From Pseudomonadota bacterium (GTDB lineage Bacteria; Bdellovibrionota; FAC87; UBA2466), in contig JAYUGC010000193.1 of NCBI GenBank assembly GCA_043767805.1, forward strand, positions 1 to 45,778: DNA of 45,778 bases, given 5' to 3'. The first letter of the stretch is position 1; each line of letters begins with the position of its first letter. A model generated the notes under the pieces. That model saw nothing but the letters and a program-made list of their open reading frames with translations. It did not search any database and had not been told where the DNA came from. Below are positions 42,968 through 45,778 of this stretch, one piece after another. The position numbers and the translations under genes were made by a program.

Positions 42968-43643
42968 CGGGATGATTGTAGCCCTTTTTGCGGCCTTGAG
43001 CCTAGGTCAAGTGGCCCGAGGCGAGGCCACGAAGGCGGCGGGCGATCTCAAACTTCCTTCGCTCGAGACGGGTAAAGCCGATGCCCCCAAAGGCGATCTC
43101 AAATCGAGAGTCACCGAGCTCGAGGAGGGCTTGGCGCGCTTGGAAGCCGAAGTGGCCATTCTGAAGACCCAAAACACCATGGTCATTCAGAGAACCCAGA
43201 TCTCTTACCTTAACGCAACGTATCTGACCGTCGGCATGTCGCTGCTCCTTCCCCGCAGCACCACGTTTGCCATCTCCACCGACAGCGGCATTGGAGCCAC
43301 GGCCGGCATCGGAAGGTACTTGGGAACGCACCACGTTTTCGAAGCGGGGCTCGCCTGGGACTTTTATCTCGCGGTGGATTTTCAGTACCGCTACGAGTTT
43401 CACACCGCGGTGTCGCGGATGAGCTGGGGACCGGTCATCGGCTATCGCACGAAGATCGTTTCCCTCTCGCCGTTCGATCATTTCATTGCGAACGCGGACG
43501 AAGTGCGCCACTCGCTTTACTACGTCGGCGGGATTCTCGGATTTCCCGTCGGCGGGAACTCGTTACTCAGGGCGGAGCTGCTCTATTTGAGAAACGTCCA
43601 GCAAGTCATCACCGCGAACGTCGGCGTGCACTTCTTCTTGTAG
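42921..43643 (+). CDS. probable outer-membrane beta-barrel protein with N-terminal coiled coil
   Basis: Signal peptide, RVTELEEGLARLEAEVAILK coil, alternating beta strands, aromatic-rich C-terminus VGVHFFL; start 42921 or 42972. Confidence 0.7.
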   Translation: MKISFQLKKGPRLKVIGMIVALFAALSLGQVARGEATKAAGDLKLPSLETGKADAPKGDLKSRVTELEEGLARLEAEVAILKTQNTMVIQRTQISYLNATYLTVGMSLLLPRSTTFAISTDSGIGATAGIGRYLGTHHVFEAGLAWDFYLAVDFQYRYEFHTAVSRMSWGPVIGYRTKIVSLSPFDHFIANADEVRHSLYYVGGILGFPVGGNSLLRAELLYLRNVQQVITANVGVHFFL

Positions 43644-43644
43644 G

Positions 43645-44658
43645 TTACGCGAGCTGACCGGTTTTCACGTACCAGTCCCGCGTCTTGCGGATGGTTTGAG
43701 CCAAGTCTTCTCTAGGCATCCAGCGGAAGCGCTCTTGGAACGCCTTCGAGGACACCACCCAGCGGTTCGGCCAGATCTCTTTCGCCCGATCGGGAGAAAG
43801 AGACGGCAAAGACGCCCGCCAGCGCGGAATCGTGTTTAGAAATTGCGAGAACGCCCAAAGCACTCCCTGAGGGACGGTAACGAAAATGCCTTTGCGATTG
43901 CTCGCCTTGGCCGCGAGAGAGATGAGCTCGCGATCGGTCACGGGAGCATCGGACGCGATGAAGTAATAACGGCCTGGGAACGAGCGCCAGTCCCCTTCGT
44001 CTTCGAGGGCCGCAATCACGGCGGAGACCAAATCGAAAACGGAGATGTAGCTATAGGACTTGGTCTTGAAGCCCGGCTTGAAGAAGAGCGGCGTTTTGAC
44101 CATCTTAAAGAGCGGAAGCGTCGCCTGATCCCGCGGCCCGATGACCATGGGCGGGCGGAGGCAAAGGTAGTTCAGCTGAGGAAACTCGTCGCGCATCCGC
44201 TTTTCCATCTCGAGCTTCGAGTGCCCGTACCAGGTGACAGGCTCGTCGGACTCGCCTTCGCACATCACGCCGTCGTCGCCCTTTCGGCACGGGCCACTCG
44301 CCGCTTGGGACGAGAGAATGATGGCGCGATCGGGAGCTTGAAGGGAGCGGAACAACGCCAGCGTGCCGTCCACGTTCACGTCGAAATACTCTTTTTTCGA
44401 GAGGGCGAACAAAGTTCCGGCGGCGTGAATGACGTGCTCGAACCGAGGGGCGCCCGCGAGTTTCCAATCGGAAGCCGAGGCCAAGATGGGCTTAATCTTG
44501 GCGGGAATCCCGGAGAAACCGTCTCCCACGAATTGCTCCTTGAGCTTTTCGAGACTGCGCACCGGCACCCACACTTCTTCGTAGCGGTTTTCCACCATCT
44601 CCCGAAGCAGAATGTTACGTCCCACGAAGCCCGTGGCTCCAGTCAATAAAAGCCTCAT
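43645..44658 (-). CDS. NAD(P)-dependent extended SDR (candidate ceramide reductase)
   Basis: LTGATGFVG, VIHAAG, SSQAASGP, YGHSK (YxxxK) and LRPPMVIGPRD motifs. Confidence 0.88.
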   Translation of the reverse strand: MRLLLTGATGFVGRNILLREMVENRYEEVWVPVRSLEKLKEQFVGDGFSGIPAKIKPILASASDWKLAGAPRFEHVIHAAGTLFALSKKEYFDVNVDGTLALFRSLQAPDRAIILSSQAASGPCRKGDDGVMCEGESDEPVTWYGHSKLEMEKRMRDEFPQLNYLCLRPPMVIGPRDQATLPLFKMVKTPLFFKPGFKTKSYSYISVFDLVSAVIAALEDEGDWRSFPGRYYFIASDAPVTDRELISLAAKASNRKGIFVTVPQGVLWAFSQFLNTIPRWRASLPSLSPDRAKEIWPNRWVVSSKAFQERFRWMPREDLAQTIRKTRDWYVKTGQLA

Positions 44659-45778
44659 TGCATTCCCCCGAGCGGTCTTTCAAAAATACGATAGGTCTTA
44701 TACTTGTGGCCGCCCATGGTGGTGATGGCCTTGATCATTTCGGCGTTGCTCTCTTCAATCCAGGAGAGCTCGCCGCCCAGATAGTTCGCACGGGCTCTCG
44801 ACATCGACTCGAAATAGAAGAGCGGCGCGATGCCTTTGTTGCGAAACTCCGGATCGACGCCCAGTACGGCGAGACGCACTTCTCGCGGCGCCTTCGTCTT
44901 TAAGAGCCAAACGAATTTCAGTATGCGGAAGAGGCCCCTGGAGCTCCGCACTTTCCATAAAAGCTCGTTGATGTTCGGAATGGTGAGCGAAAAGCCCACG
45001 GCCTGCCCGCCTTTTTCGGCGATGAGCACCATGTTCGGATCGAGAATCGTTTTGAGATCTTCCGCGGAAAATTCCAAATCTTCCTCGGTAATGGGCACGA
45101 AGCCCCAGTTCCGATCGAGGGTACGGTTGTAGAGCTTGGTGATGATCGGGATCTCTTTCTTCAAATTCTTGAGATCGATGTTGCGGATGGTGATACCCGT
45201 GTTGCGCTTTACTCTCGCGACGATTTTCGCAATGCGCTCGGGAACGGGGCCCTGGGCGGAAAGATAGAAAGCGTAGAGATCCCGCGCGGGGGCGAGCTTC
45301 ATCTTTTCGTAGAGGCTCAGATAGTAGGGAGGATTGAACGGCATCATGACCATGGGGGTGGCCTCGAAGCCTTCCACCAAAAGACCGCAGTCTTCATTGA
45401 CGGTCGGATTGTAAGGGCCGCGCATGCTTTCCAGGCCCTCTTCCTTCAACTTTTTTTCCGCGGCGGCAAATAGCGCCTTGGCGACTTCCTCGTCGTCGAT
45501 GCAGTCGAAAAAGCCGAAGAAGCCGACTTTGTCTTTGTAATAGGCGTTGTGAGAGTGGTTCACCGTGGCGCAGATGCGGCCGACGAGTTTACCGCCCTGC
45601 TCGGCGATGAAGGGAAAGAGCTTACCGTGCTTGGCGAACGGAGACTTGCCGTTAAAGATCTTTACTATGCTGCCCGGAAACGGGGGCACGAAGAACGGCT
45701 CCTGCTTCAGAATCGCTTCCGGAACCGCTTCGAACTGCTTCAGTGCCTTCTTGCTCCGGCACTCGGAAATCGTAACCA
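44655..45778 (-). CDS. YghO-like GNAT N-acyltransferase (candidate bacterial ceramide synthase); start codon cut by window edge
   Basis: Frame open to the edge (xTG-VTISECRSKK...); GRICATVNHSHN, GFFGFFDCIDD, GP...NEDCGLLVEGF, MPFNPPYY, NWGFVP, ELSWIEESN and YKTYRIF motifs. Confidence 0.85.
   Translation of the reverse strand, partial: VTISECRSKKALKQFEAVPEAILKQEPFFVPPFPGSIVKIFNGKSPFAKHGKLFPFIAEQGGKLVGRICATVNHSHNAYYKDKVGFFGFFDCIDDEEVAKALFAAAEKKLKEEGLESMRGPYNPTVNEDCGLLVEGFEATPMVMMPFNPPYYLSLYEKMKLAPARDLYAFYLSAQGPVPERIAKIVARVKRNTGITIRNIDLKNLKKEIPIITKLYNRTLDRNWGFVPITEEDLEFSAEDLKTILDPNMVLIAEKGGQAVGFSLTIPNINELLWKVRSSRGLFRILKFVWLLKTKAPREVRLAVLGVDPEFRNKGIAPLFYFESMSRARANYLGGELSWIEESNAEMIKAITTMGGHKYKTYRIFERPLGGMQ

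Noticed and set aside
1680..44649. Many long alternative-frame ORFs (e.g. 1680-2660, 4818-5795, 11287-12087, 18242-19270, 32619-33770, 35571-36536, 39038-40090, 43843-44649)
   Set aside because: Shadow frames of well-supported genes in GC-rich DNA, with no recognisable motifs
1..45778. CRISPR array, rRNA/tRNA genes, prophage or intact IS element
   Set aside because: No regularly spaced repeats, RNA gene signatures, integrase or intact transposase seen by eye

Overview
Bacterial chromosomal window of moderately high GC. A TIGR02147-type protein, rpsA-sppA synteny, sigma54 promoters and many orphan lipoproteins suggest a Bdellovibrionota or deltaproteobacterial-like organism (inference). Housekeeping blocks: rpsP-khpA-rimM-trmD, hppD, rpsA-sppA, mtgA, uvrA, PTPS-folE and yceD-rpmF-plsX-fabH-fabD-fabG. 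Accessory loci: a PocR-like sigma54 activator, a decayed HUH (RAYT-like) transposase, an archease-RtcB RNA ligase pair, a sigma54-driven 660-aa secreted coiled-coil protein with a ~260-nt structured 3' trailer, secreted proteases, and a TolC-RND pair with no adaptor gene. Most notable: (i) an orphan TOMM-C/YcaO-like fusion with lost ATP-binding glutamates, divergent from the TolC-RND pair; (ii) a 362-bp diverged direct repeat duplicating a protease/RND gene junction around a Cys-rich cargo gene; (iii) a probable bacterial ceramide synthase/reductase pair at the right edge; (iv) an amidohydrolase-fold lipoprotein lacking its metal ligands; (v) a Cys-rich lipoprotein with a sharp internal GC shift. 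No rRNA, tRNA or CRISPR array was recognised. All family calls come from motif recognition by eye; no database searches were run.
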